DNA from: Eledone cirrhosa
Taxonomy: Eukaryota
Assembly (NCBI GenBank): GCA_964016885.1
Contig: OZ024749.1
Location: 53,072,001 to 53,136,000 of the forward strand
Length of the DNA: 64,000 bases
Direction of reading: 5' to 3'
The translations under genes were made by a program, and so were the position numbers. Under the pieces are notes generated by a model, which ran no database searches, was not told the DNA's origin, and saw only the letters and a program-made list of their open reading frames with translations. Of the stretch, positions 28,583 to 40,039 are shown piece by piece; position 1 is the stretch's first letter; each line of letters opens with the position of its first letter.

Positions 28583-28701
28583 GTATATATCCGTCCAATT
28601 ATCCACTCATCCATCCTTACATCCGTACATATATCTCATTCCATCCATCCATACATTCGTATATACATATATCCATCGATCTATCTATTTATTTATCTAT
28701 C

Positions 28702-28732
<31 letters not shown>

Positions 28733-28733
28733 C

Positions 28734-29035
28734 CCCGTGTGAATGGGCCTTCACTCTACCTCAGACTATAGGTGAGGAAGATGAAAGACCAAGGGAGCAC
28801 CCCTTCTCTGTGCTCCTGAGGAGAAGGGTTGCACACTTTTTTCGGGGGTGTGTGCGACCCCCCAAGGCGCCTCCTCTCTATTGAGGACTTTGTTATAAAT
28901 TTTATTTTTTGTTATATTTTATTTTATTTTTATATATTGTTATTGCCTCCTCCTTATTGAGGATGCCTTGTTTTGTAAACTCGCCCCTTTGTACTTGTCC
29001 CACTTTTGATGCCCTGGTGGCAAATAAAAGAAACA

Positions 29036-29090
<55 letters not shown>

Positions 29091-29432
29091 AGAAGAATCA
29101 GGGTGGAGAGAGAGGTGCTCTACCCCAGCAAGTTTTATGAAAGGTGGGTGAAAGTGGCGAGAATGGCCCGAGTGAATGGGCCTTCTCTCTATATCAGTCT
29201 GTAGGTTGAGGAAAAGGAGGAGGAGAGGAAAGGAGTACACACTCTTCGTACTCCTGGAGATGAGGGTTGCACATTTTTTCGGGGGTATGTGTTACCCATA
29301 TGAACTGTCTCCCCTATTGGGGAAAATCGACTAATTTTTTAAATTGCATTTGTGATAACATTTTATTGTATGTAAACTTCCCCTTTTGTATTTGTCCCCT
29401 TCTTTTGTGCCCCTGTGGCTAATAAAGAAACA
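28734..29432 (+). mobile_element. Two 5'-truncated Tx1/L1-like LINE 3' ends embedded in (TATC)n
   Basis: 28734-29035 and 29090-29432 share cc(g)agtgaatgggccttc...tgccctgtggc-aataaa-gaaacat-(atct)n with 31722-32231. Confidence 0.7.
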
Positions 29433-29492
<60 letters not shown>

Positions 29493-30419
29493 CATCTATC
29501 TATCTATTCATCCGTCCATCTATCCATACCTACCTACCTACCTACCTACCTACCTACCTACCTACCTACCTACCTACCTACCTACCTACCTACCTACCTA
29601 CCTACCTACCTACCTACCTACCTACCTACCAACCCACATACATGTATCTATCTATCCATCCATACATCCAGCCATCCATACATATCCTGGCCGCAATTGT
29701 TAGAGTTTTTTCTAAACAAACGCTAGAAGCTATTCATTCTTTCCTTTTCAGCCCTTCATATTTTCTTTCGTTCACACGTTTACTTATATCTGCCGTCATT
29801 TTGAAAATATTCACCAGAGGCATGACATGTTTTTTTAAATTTCTATTTTTTATTTTCATTTAACGAATTTCAGTAAATATTGTCTTTTTTAATCAGAATT
29901 AGTTGTTGCCTGTTCTAATTTATTTATTTTTCTTTAATCGTATTAAAAAAAAAAAGATTAAAGTTAGGATTACCATTTTAAATTCTAGAGTTCTCACACC
30001 AGTCATTTAATAAGCAAATATTTAACACCACCCAAGTGTCTTCAAACGATATTTCTTAAGTCAACAAGGATGTTTACACTTTTAGCTACAGGCTTAAACT
30101 CATCTATTCAATCTGTGGAGGAGTAAATATAGTTAAAACGATTCCCAGTGTTTCTTAAGTCAATTGAATGTTTACACTTTTAGCTACGGGCTTGAACTCA
30201 TCTAAAAAGACAGCAATTTGTGGCCAACCCTTCTCTTTTCTTCTATTTTCCTTAATGTAATGGTTAACATATTAATACCCTGTGATGTTGGTTATCCTTC
30301 AATCTTCCACATCTTACTTACCTGCACTTTAACTGGGGCTTATTTGATCTGTATTGATTAATAACCACACCAACACATTGAAATTCCCAGCATCTTGTTT
30401 AGTGAAAAATAAGTGGATA

Positions 30420-30537
<118 letters not shown>

Positions 30538-30994
30538 TCTATATATATATATATGTTTTAGAATTAAAAATGAATGAAAGCGAGCGTTCTTTAGTAAAAC
30601 GCGACTGTTGTGTGCAGTTAGACATACATAACAACTGTTATATATCTATCCACATACACAACAGCTGTTGTACATCTATCTACAACTGACACAGTATGCC
30701 GATCTACGCCGACAACCAGTAGTTCATTATTTTTTTAATTCTTTTTTTCTTTTTCGGAATCTATTTTTCCACTTATTACATATTTAAACTGTAACACCAA
30801 GTCCAATGTACAAACAAACCACTTCTATACATATTTAATTACCATTTTGTTCTCACTTCTTATACTTTTGACTTTTAATTGTCAACAAACCGGCTAGTTT
30901 TAACACATAAGCCTAACAACTAAATTTAACAGTTTCCCTCACAATAATTATTTACTGTATATAACAGAAGATGAATACACCCTACCTCTCTCCG

Positions 30995-31292
30995 CATCTA
31001 ATTTTGAGAGGTTACAGCTGCGATATTACAGGCATGTGGTTAGAATATCTCAGGAAAGAATCACTGGACAGATTTTACGGGCAAAAAACCCCCAACCGGA
31101 TGGAAATGCAGGGGTAGACCCCGAGCAAGATGGTTGGCTAACATCCACATCAGCTTGGCTGCTGGTCTCGCTTGAGGGATCCAGCTGGATCAGTTGGAGA
31201 CAGTTGCTTCTGACAGGACCCGCTGGAAGGAAGTGTTTGAGGACTCTGCTCTAACACACGACCCCCTCAGGAATAAGTGGGCGAAGAAGAAG
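30995..31292 (+). mobile_element. LINE (RTE-like) 3' fragment with a (GAA)n tail
   Basis: Degenerate ...GHVVRI..ERI..QIL...GRPRARW...DRTRWK frame; homologous to 2395-2590 and 43045-43310. Confidence 0.65.
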
Positions 31293-31497
31293 AATATTTC
31301 TTACATACTTTGGTGATGGCAGTTGGAAGTCGGGAAATGTCAGTCAAAGATGGCGTTTATTGGTGCCGGACGACGTAACAGGAAGAGGAAGTTGTGCTAA
31401 GCTAAGCATTTATTATCAAACGGTACAATCCGGAATCCGATTTAGGGCATCAAAGAAAGAGGGACACCATTTTATACATGTTTAGGGCATCTGGGGA

Positions 31498-31526
<29 letters not shown>

Positions 31527-31529
<3 letters not shown>

Positions 31530-32231
31530 GGAGGTATGTGTTACCCATATAAACTGTCTCCCCCTATTGGGGAAAATCGACAAACTTTTTAAATTGCATT
31601 TGTGATAACATTTTACACGTTTTTATTGTATGTAAACTTCCCCCTTTGTATTTGTCCCCTTCTTTTGTGCCCCTGTGGCTAATAAAGAAACATATCTATC
31701 TATCTATATCTATCTATCTATCCAGTTGACTGCCACCTTCATTTAAAAACGTAAGAGAGGTGGTTTTCCTCTGTATAGTGGCTATGGAGAAAGAAGTTAT
31801 ATGGTGGACAAGGTTGAGAGGACTGAGGACAGATGCCTTTCTCTCCGGACAACAACTCGTTCCCTTCTTTAGGTACCACGTTAGAAGGAGAATCAGAGTG
31901 GAGAAAAAGGTACTACACCCCAGTAAATTTACTGAAAGGTGGGTGACTGTGGTAAAAATGGCCCGAGTGGTTGGGCCTTCTCTGTATATAAACCTGTAGG
32001 TTGAAGAAGAGAGCAAAAGGAAGAAAGGAGCACTTGCACAACATGTTCCTGGAGTTGAGGGTTGTTCTATCTACGGGGTATAAAGCAACCCATTTGTAAC
32101 GCCTCCCCCATATTGGGGATTTCGATTGTTGAATTTGTATGTTAAAATTTTTTACACGATTGTATGTAAAATCCCCGCCATATGTCTTTGTTGTCCCCTT
32201 TTCATGTGCGCCCTTGTGGCAAATAAAGAAA
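31527..32231 (+). mobile_element. Tx1/L1-like LINE 3' fragments flanked by (TATC)n
   Basis: ORF 31760-31999 (VFLCIVAMEKEVIWWTRL...RIRVEKKVL..SKFTERW) resembles the C-terminus of Tx1/L1 ORF2. It is followed by a 3' UTR, AATAAA and (TATC)n; 31527-31693 is a shorter copy nearly identical to 29278-29432. Confidence 0.65.
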
Positions 32232-33314
32232 TCTATCTATCTATTTTTAATCAATAGTAATTACATCTCTAATTACTGGAGACGTCATTAGTGTTAATGA
32301 CTGTCCGTGCCGAGGTGGGTAGGAAGTAATTGTCCTAAAAAAGCGATTATAAACATTCTAAATTACCAATTGAAATATATTTATGACATTCCCTACAGGA
32401 AGCGGAAATAATGATAAAAAAAACGCGGGGCTTTAACTCCGAAATTTAAATTGATTAACACTTAACTAGAGATATGTATTAGGGAATTAGTTTGGGCTTT
32501 GGTCAGTACAGTGACAATACCAGACATATTTCGTTATTATTGGACCTTCTCAGCGAAGTAAAGTCTAATACATATAGTTAAGTTTGGGCTGTAGTTCAGT
32601 GCACCACTATCCCACTACCACCACCGCCGCCCCACTACCACCACAACCAACAACCACCACCACTACTCCCACTACTACTACTACTACTACTAAATGAATA
32701 TACCATAACCACAACAACCGCCTCTGCCCCCCCCCCTCATCTTCACCACCACCACCACCACCTTCATCTCCACCTCCACCATCACCACCACCACCACCAA
32801 AATCAAAGAAACCATTATTGATTCCCTCTATAATGGTATCTTGTTATGTTATGGGTGTAGGAGTGTAGAAGAACACCAGTCCGCCATTACACTATCAATA
32901 ATATAGTGTGTTTGGCTGGCATTTACGTCTGCTAGATATGTAAAGCAGACGACCAACGTTGTATCAACGCCAACTTCTACTATATACTCTATATTATACA
33001 ACACAATATTTCTCTGCTGATAGAAGGCTTTGAGGTATTCGTTTCGGCTCTGTACTCTCTGAGTTCAAATCCCACCGAGGTAAACTTTGACTTTCCTCCA
33101 TTCAAGGTCGATTAAAAAAAGTACCAGTCAAGGACTGTGCTCGATTCTTCCTCTGTGTCTCTTTCTCAGTTTCTTTCCTTCTCTAGAAGAAATCTGTTGT
33201 ACTCAGGTCTGGAGAGGGATGGGTTCGCCGAGCATCTAAAATGTCCACGAAACGCCGTATGCGGTGTTTCTACAACTCCACCAGGAGTCGCAGGAGCTTA
33301 TATATATATAATGG

Positions 33315-33634
33315 TCAATGTGCGTGAACGACCGAGCATGGATGTGTTGAGAGAGAAACGGTGTCTGAGAGGGATAAAGTGTAGTGTGCGGGAGAGGAGA
33401 CTGCGATGGTATGGACATGTGATGCGCATGGAGGATGACCGATGGGTGAAGAAATGCCAGTTGAAAGAAGACGTAGCAGAGGAAGACCACGAAAAACATG
33501 GGCGGAGGTGGTGAGAGCAGACCTCAGATCGCTGAAGCTGACGGTGGAGATGACGAAGGACCGTGACAAGTGGAGAGATGCTGTGCTGAATAGGACCCGT
33601 CCCACCCTTGCAAGCAGGGAAAAGCGGACGTAAA

Positions 33635-33664
<30 letters not shown>
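33315..33664 (+). mobile_element. RTE-clade LINE 3' fragment with a (GAT)n tail
   Basis: VNVRERPSMDVLREK..LRGIKCSVRERRLRWYGHVMRMEDDRWVKKC, then a frameshift to RSRGRPRKTWAEVV. Confidence 0.88.
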
Positions 33665-33666
<2 letters not shown>

Positions 33667-33919
33667 ATATATATATATAAGATCCTGCTCATGAAATTAA
33701 CGTACAAGTATCCGAACATTCCACAAACACGTGCACCCATAGCTTAGTTCGTTCTCAAGGAGATTCAACGTGACACAGTATGTGACAAGACTGACCCTTT
33801 GAATGTGTTAAACTACCTGGAATAGACGAAGGCTAAGTAATGTCCTCAAAGGTGCATGGTTATTCCAGCGTCTTAACCTCGTTCTCACCCATGACAAGGC
33901 TGTGACTGTGTTGCCGATT

Positions 33920-34305
33920 GACAGGATGGAAAATGCATTGCCCTCGAGGACGGCGAGGGAGACATGTTGGAACAGCCACGACACCTCTGGGTCCCGGGTG
34001 ACAGGATGGAGAAATTATTGCCCTCGAGGACGCCGAGGGAGACGTGCTGGAACAGCCACTACACCTCTGGGTCCCGGGTGACAGGATGGAGAATGCATTG
34101 ACCCGAAGGACGGCGAGGGAGACGTGCTGGAACAGCCACTAGATCTCTGGGTCCCGGGTGACAGGATGGAGAATGCATTGCCCTCGAGGACGGCGAGGGA
34201 GACGTGCTGGAACAGCCACTAGATCTCTGGGTCCCGGGTGACAGGATGGAGAATGCATTGACCCGAAGGAAGGCGAGGGAGACGTTCTGGAACAACCACT
34301 ACACT
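33920..34305. repeat. GC-rich 80-bp tandem repeat (about 5 units) derived from a dispersed element
   Basis: acaggatgga recurs at 33921, 34001, 34081, 34161 and 34241; single dispersed homologues at 41124-41243, 59480-59580 and, reversed, 22300-22415. Confidence 0.9.
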
Positions 34306-34637
34306 TCGCGGGGCTCGCACATGCGGGCGGCCAAGTCTGCCGTTGAAAAACAAGTACATAAACGTAATGTGTTTATATAATATCAACTATATATGTATGA
34401 CCTTTTGTTGAATGAAAGCTAACATTTATTTATAGTTTATAGAAATAAGATACATCAAAACAGATTAATTAATAAAGAAATTATAAACAGAATGTTTTAC
34501 ATCTCACATCCATAAATAACAACCAGTCCATATTGGGAATTAAAACTCTTTAATTCCAAAATGGTAAAGTATTAGATTATTCCGCTGATAAACTTGATAA
34601 ATTTCGACCTGTTTTAGTTGGTTCTGTAGATATTCCT

Positions 34638-34973
34638 CCTTATATGGGCAGGTCAAATACTTTCTTTAAACAGCCAGAAAGATAGAGAGAAAAAAATAAC
34701 AGTCGAAATGAAATGACAGAAATTTTTATTTTTTACCGCCCAGAAATGTTAAGAGAGAGAGATATACTTCCACAATAAGTTCATCCTTAACTACTTCTGT
34801 TTTCAACCAGTAAAGGAAACTTGTTTTTATTTGTTGTTGTAGTTGTAGTAGTGCATTTTTTCCCTTTATGTGGGCGCAACTCTACCTTCTGACACCTCCT
34901 ACTACTGGTCCATCTACTTTACTGATCACGTGAACAGGTTGTGAGTCAGCAGAGTCGGTTGGTCTTATAAATA
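34638..34973 (+). promoter_or_regulatory. Promoter of the myophilin/transgelin-like gene: CArG box, E-box, AP-1 site, TATA box
   Basis: CCTTATATGG at 34638-34647 (perfect CC[A/T]6GG), CACGTG at 34927-34932, TGAGTCA at 34942-34948, and TATAAATA at 34966-34973, 150 nt before the ATG. Confidence 0.65.
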
Positions 34974-35115
34974 TAGTGTAAACAGATAGCTTTCGTTTCA
35001 GACGACAGTTTGCAGTCGCCTGGATAATTAATTCATTCATTAGATTTAAACAAAATAATAACAAAAAAAAAACCATCTCTTTCTACCTAATTGGGATTAG
35101 ATATTTCTAAAAAAA

Positions 35116-35166
35116 ATGAATAACCGTGCCAAAAAATCTGGAATAGGAGCAGCTTTTCAAGCCAAA
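35116..35166 (+). CDS. Myophilin/transgelin/muscle protein 20-like calponin-family protein, exon 1
   Basis: aaaATG, MNNRAKKSGIGAAFQAK, donor 35166|gtaagt; typical myophilin N-terminus. Confidence 0.88.
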
Positions 35167-35428
35167 GTAAGTTTTATTTATCAATTAACAGATTTGATTT
35201 GATTTTATATTTTATCTATTCAGAATTTTTAAGGTTTAAAAAATTTTTTTTTTCCGTTTCCACGGAAGTAAAAGAGTTTTTGTCTTGTCAAAGGTGAAGG
35301 GGTTTCTCTTGATAAAATAAAAATGGGTTTTTATTTGATCTTAAGCAAAAAAAAGTTAAACTGTATTTTAATTATTTATTACAAATGGTAATCGAACCAA
35401 AATAATTATTGAACTCCAATATTAACGG

Positions 35429-35598
35429 CAGTGCTGGATTTACCCTTGTACTTAGGTGTGCTAAAGCACAGGGCTCCGTTGGTCAGGAGAACCCATCTTC
35501 CTGTCCCCCCTCCCCATTTTTTACGATGAATTTTTCAAATGTTTGGGGCCTCATAACTTGACTAGCATAGGGCCTTATTTGTCCTAAATCCGGCACTG
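35429..35598. mobile_element. hAT-type MITE
   Basis: TIRs CAGTGCTGGATTTA and TAAATCCGGCACTG; degenerate 8-bp TSD attaacgg/attaattg. Confidence 0.75.
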
Positions 35599-36090
35599 AT
35601 TAATTGGTCTTCAGTAAACTTAATACTCTCACCACAACCAGGAGAACGAAAGCAAATGCGACGCAAAAGGCCCCTAATTTCTGTTTTTCGTCCTAAAATC
35701 TCTTCTTTTGATATTCGATACAACTGGCTAATTATCGGGTATTTTTTACTGATATTATTTATGAATGTAATCTTAAAATTACTTGAGGGGATCCGACTGA
35801 AACAATGGTATTGTCGTTCGGCTGGATGTTTAGAAAGTCTATCTAGTCAGTATTCGACCAACCTACACCCCCTCCCCCATCAATTTCATGTTCTCTTAGC
35901 AAATGAAATTATCAAAGAACACTATTATTCAATAATGAATACTTTGTTCCGGGGCCCAAGAGCTGAGAAGGCTCCACAGTAACCATGCAACACCCTTTTT
36001 GAGAAAATTATTTGCCTGCTTCGGGTTCCAAAGAGGTCTTGTACCGCCTTTCTAAATTTCTCCTGGAGGCCGTGTGTGTGTGTGTGTATG

Positions 36091-36135
<45 letters not shown>

Positions 36136-36328
36136 GCACATCTTCGAGGGAAACGTGTGCGATGACGGCCTACTACAAAAACTATAGATCTGCCCCTTCT
36201 AATCACTTCAAAGCTGCATTGACTTCTAACAATGTTATCGGCCCCACCATTAACACTGTGGGTGTATGTGAGCGAGAGACCCGGGCTCAATCGAGGGTAA
36301 CCACAGTTAGTAAGGTACTCAATACATC

Positions 36329-36421
36329 ATGTTTAATATAGAAATGGCTTCTACAGGACTAGAACTGTTTCATTGAATGAAACGGTTCTAGTCCTGTAGA
36401 AGCCATTTCTATAGTAAACAT
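36329..36421. repeat. Near-perfect 93-bp palindrome made of two family B hammerhead 3' halves
   Basis: 46-bp arms, 2 mismatches, 1-nt spacer. Each arm reads aatGAAAC(A/G)GTTCTAGTCCTGTAGAA..., as in 12059-12084. Confidence 0.85.
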
Positions 36422-36503
36422 ATATATATATGATGGAAAGTCACTGACTATTGAGTTTTCACTTTACTAAGTACCAAGTACTTAGCTGAATAGTCTAAAC
36501 TGG

Positions 36504-36540
<37 letters not shown>

Positions 36541-36778
36541 CTCTATACGCACACGTACAGTTGTTTTTTTCAGACAATCTGATATTTTCCCGATGTAGTT
36601 TATTGTGGACTTCCCCTCCCTTCTAAAATTACTGTTAATTTTGTTTCTTTTCTTTCCCTTTATAATTCTGTTAAATTACAAGATGACAAACTTCCAGGTG
36701 ACAGTTTCGGAAGCTGATAACATAAAACGAAGTTTTATTCTGTATTTGGCGCTATTTTAATCAAACTTTTTCTTTCAA

Positions 36779-36809
<31 letters not shown>

Positions 36810-38060
36810 CTTTTAACTAAAAAAAGAAAAATTCTTTTCCGGTTCTGTTGACACAAATTATTTCGATGGTGTTTGTAATTAATTCAAGATAAACAATAAT
36901 TATGGTCTCTCTCTCTCTCTCTCTCTCTCGTCCACCGCCACATCTAACATTTTAATTGAAGTAGCAATAGTTATTATTACAGTTTAGCCACAGCGCGGCT
37001 GTATTGGTCAATGTGACAGTGTAGCCAAGACTACGTTCTCAAATCTCTTTTTTAAAGTAGTGGTGTGTTCGTTGGCTCATTTTTTAAAAAAAATGATTTA
37101 CTGTCCCTAACGTAATAAGGCTTAAGAGGCGGGAAAACCCAGCAAAGCGATTGGATGAAATAAAAAGGGGGAGGGGCAGAAATTGATCTAGGTATTTCTA
37201 AAATTCGTATGGTAGGGTCCGGTAACTCGCAAGAGTGTCATAGGGGCTCTGTATTAATATACGGCGTTTCTGAGGGCATTTATAAACCTGGCGGAACCCA
37301 TTTCATCTCCAGGCCTGAATACAGTAGATTTCTTCCAGAGAAGGATAGAGAGAGAGTGAGATATAGAAGAATTGCCCCTAGTACTTGACTGGTACTTTAT
37401 CTGGCGATATTGACTAGGAAGGTTCTCTAGATCTGGTGAGCTTGGCGAGGAGGGTCCCTCAGTTAATAAAATCACAACAAAGAACCTGTTAACTTAGCTG
37501 GTTGTTTAGATTTGTTCAGTTGCTGTGAATATACTTACTTATTGTTTAGTGGGTGGTGGGTTGGCAGGGTGTATTGCACTAAATTTCTCGCAGTTTACTA
37601 TTCAGTGGGTGCGGGTTGGCAGGATATATTGCACTAATATCTCGTACTTTCCTCATTGTTCTGATTATCGATTATCGTCTATTGATCTGGCGAAGGGAAG
37701 AGATCAATAACACGTATTACAGCAACTGCAGTAACCCTCTGGCAATGGATTGGCAGAATTGGTAGAGCGTCACATCAGTTGCCTTTACCATTTCGGCATT
37801 TAGTTTTGGTTCTTAACATTCTGAGTTCAAATCCCGCCGAGATCAACTTTAACTTTCCTCCTCTCGGAGTTAATAAAATAAAGTACCTGTCAAGTACTGG
37901 GGTCGATTTAATAAACTTTGCCATTCACCTTGATTTATTGACCTTATGCCTAAATTACAAATCCATATTCACCTGTGCATGGAAACCTCTAAAGGGGTCA
38001 AGGGTTTTTGTACAAATACAATTAATGGTTGAAAATGTTTTTTACGTCATATTGAACATT

Positions 38061-38530
38061 GAAATACCCCCTCTAAATAATATTGGCTGTTGAAATATCC
38101 CCTCTAAATACTATTGGCTGTTGAAATACCCCCTCTAAATAATATTGGCTGTTGAAATATCCCCTCTAAATACTATTGGCTGTTGAAATACCCCCTCTAA
38201 ATAATATTGGCTGTTGAAATATCCCCTCTAAATACTATTGGCTGTTGAAATACCCCCCTCTAAATACTATTGGCTGTTGAAATACCCCCTCTAAATACTA
38301 TTGGCTGTTGAAATACCCCCCTCTAAATACTATTGGCTGTTGAAATACCCCCCTCTAAATACTATTGGCTGTTGAAATACCCCCCTCTAAATACTATTGG
38401 CTGTTGAAATATCCCCTCTAAATACTATTGGCTGTTGAAATACCCCCCTCTAAATACTATTGGCTGTTGAAATACCCCCCTCTAAATACTATTGGCTGTT
38501 GAAATACCCCCTCTAAATACTATTGGCTGC
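38061..38530. repeat. 31-bp minisatellite (about 15 units) in intron 1
   Basis: gaaataccccctctaaatactattggctgtt repeated, with degenerate copies continuing to ~38690. Confidence 0.95.
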
Positions 38531-38923
38531 TAAAACGTTTTTTTTTACGTCACCAAAGTTATTGGACGTTAAAATGTTTTTTATGCCACCAATATTATTG
38601 GATGTAAAATTCTTTTTTTACATCATCAAAGTTATTGGACGTTAAAATACCCCCTCTAAATACTATTGGACGTTAAAATACCCCCCTAAAAGCATAAAAT
38701 ATTTGCATTCTCCTGACTTATCCTAATTAGGTTTACACTAGTTTGAAATTTATCCCACTGAACTCGGACGAAAACTTATGGCATCCATACATTTCCAAAG
38801 TGTAGTCATGATACTGGTGTTGTCGGTTTAAGTGTAGTTATAATACTGGTGTTGCCGGTTTAAGTGTAGTTATGATACTGATGTTGCCGGTTTAAGTCTA
38901 TTTGGGATAGTTATGTTGCCCGT

Positions 38924-39445
38924 TTAACCCTTTTGATACCAATCCGTCAGAAACCATCCCTGGTTCTATGATACTAAACTGTTTTATGTAAGAACCTTTG
39001 AACCAAACACCAACTTAATAATGGAAAAGTTATATTACTAAATTCTTCCAAATTCTTGACTATTTTCAAAATTAATTGAAAATAATAGTGTCTTTCATTA
39101 GAAATATGGTAATGAAAGGGTTAAGGACATAGACAGTGTCTTTCATTAGAATGATGGTAATGAAAGGGTTAATGACATACAGTGTCTTTCATTAGAATGA
39201 TGGTAATGAAAGGGTTAATGACATAGACAGTGTCTTTCATTAGAATGATGGTAATGAAAGGGTTAATGACATAGACAGTGTCTTTCATTAGAAATATGGT
39301 AATGAAAGGGTTAAGGACATAGACAGTGTCTTTCATTAGAATGATGGTAATGAAAGGGTTAAGGACATAGACAGTGTCTTTCATTAGAATGATGGTAATG
39401 AAAGGGTTAATGACATAGACAGTGTCTTTCATTAGAAATATGGCA
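38924..39445. mobile_element. piggyBac-type MITE (TTAA-CCCTTT...AAAGGG-TTAA, 38924-39124) followed by a 48-bp tandem array of its right end
   Basis: Terminal TTAACCCTTT and AAAGGGTTAA; the unit agtgtctttcattagaatgatggtaatgaaagggttaaggacatagac repeats about 7.5 times over 39087-39445. Confidence 0.75.
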
Positions 39446-39892
39446 AGGGAAGTGTATTTACGATGCCAACTTTTCCAGAATAAAGATGTTCTAAATTGCA
39501 GTTTTTTCTTTGTTTGTAGTTAGTTATTTCACAAACCATATTTAGCTTTCTTTGATTCTCCCATTAATGGCACAGCTGGCCCAGGACGGTCCTCCACTTC
39601 ACCTTATTCCTCCTCCACCACAAGAAATCTTGGAAGTAGATTGTGGAGTCATTCTCTCTCCAGGTCTAAACGCAGCGGAGTTCTCCAACGAAGGAGAGAG
39701 AGGGGGGGGGGGAGAATCGACGCCATTATTAGATTGGTACTTCTATTATCGACCTCGAAAAAATGAGACAATATTTACCTGGGCGAGATTTGAACTCAGA
39801 ACACAGAACCTATTATCCATCCGATGATGTAATAATTCTGCCAATTCGCCGCCTGGTGTGGTGTAGTGTGGTATGCTAAAGTGTGCTCTAGG

Positions 39893-40039
39893 CAGGGCCT
39901 ATGAGAGAGGGGCCCAGCCGGTACTTTGTTCCAGGGCCCAAGAGCTAAGAAGGCCCTCCATTTTGAGAAAAATCTTCGCCTGCTGCGGGCTCCAAGGGGG
40001 GTCTTGTACCGCCTTGCAAAATTTCTTTTGGAGGCCCTG
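39893..40039. mobile_element. hAT-type MITE
   Basis: TIRs CAGGGCCT and AGGCCCTG; degenerate 8-bp TSD gctctagg/gctatagt; a partial second copy lies at 35940-36070. Confidence 0.75.

Noticed and set aside
28394-28771. Poly-Ala/poly-Gln ORF
   Set aside because: It is a (CAG)n microsatellite that runs into (TATC)n with no splice or domain support.
33920-34305. Possible HDV-like ribozyme in the 80-bp repeat (tccctcg...gggcaat on the minus strand)
   Set aside because: I could not build the nested double pseudoknot (no convincing P1/P3 pairing).
38061-38530. 31-bp array as a possible CRISPR array or CCAAT-box array
   Set aside because: The units are head to tail with no unique spacers, and the context is eukaryotic. 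The ATTGG in each unit is too short to support a function.
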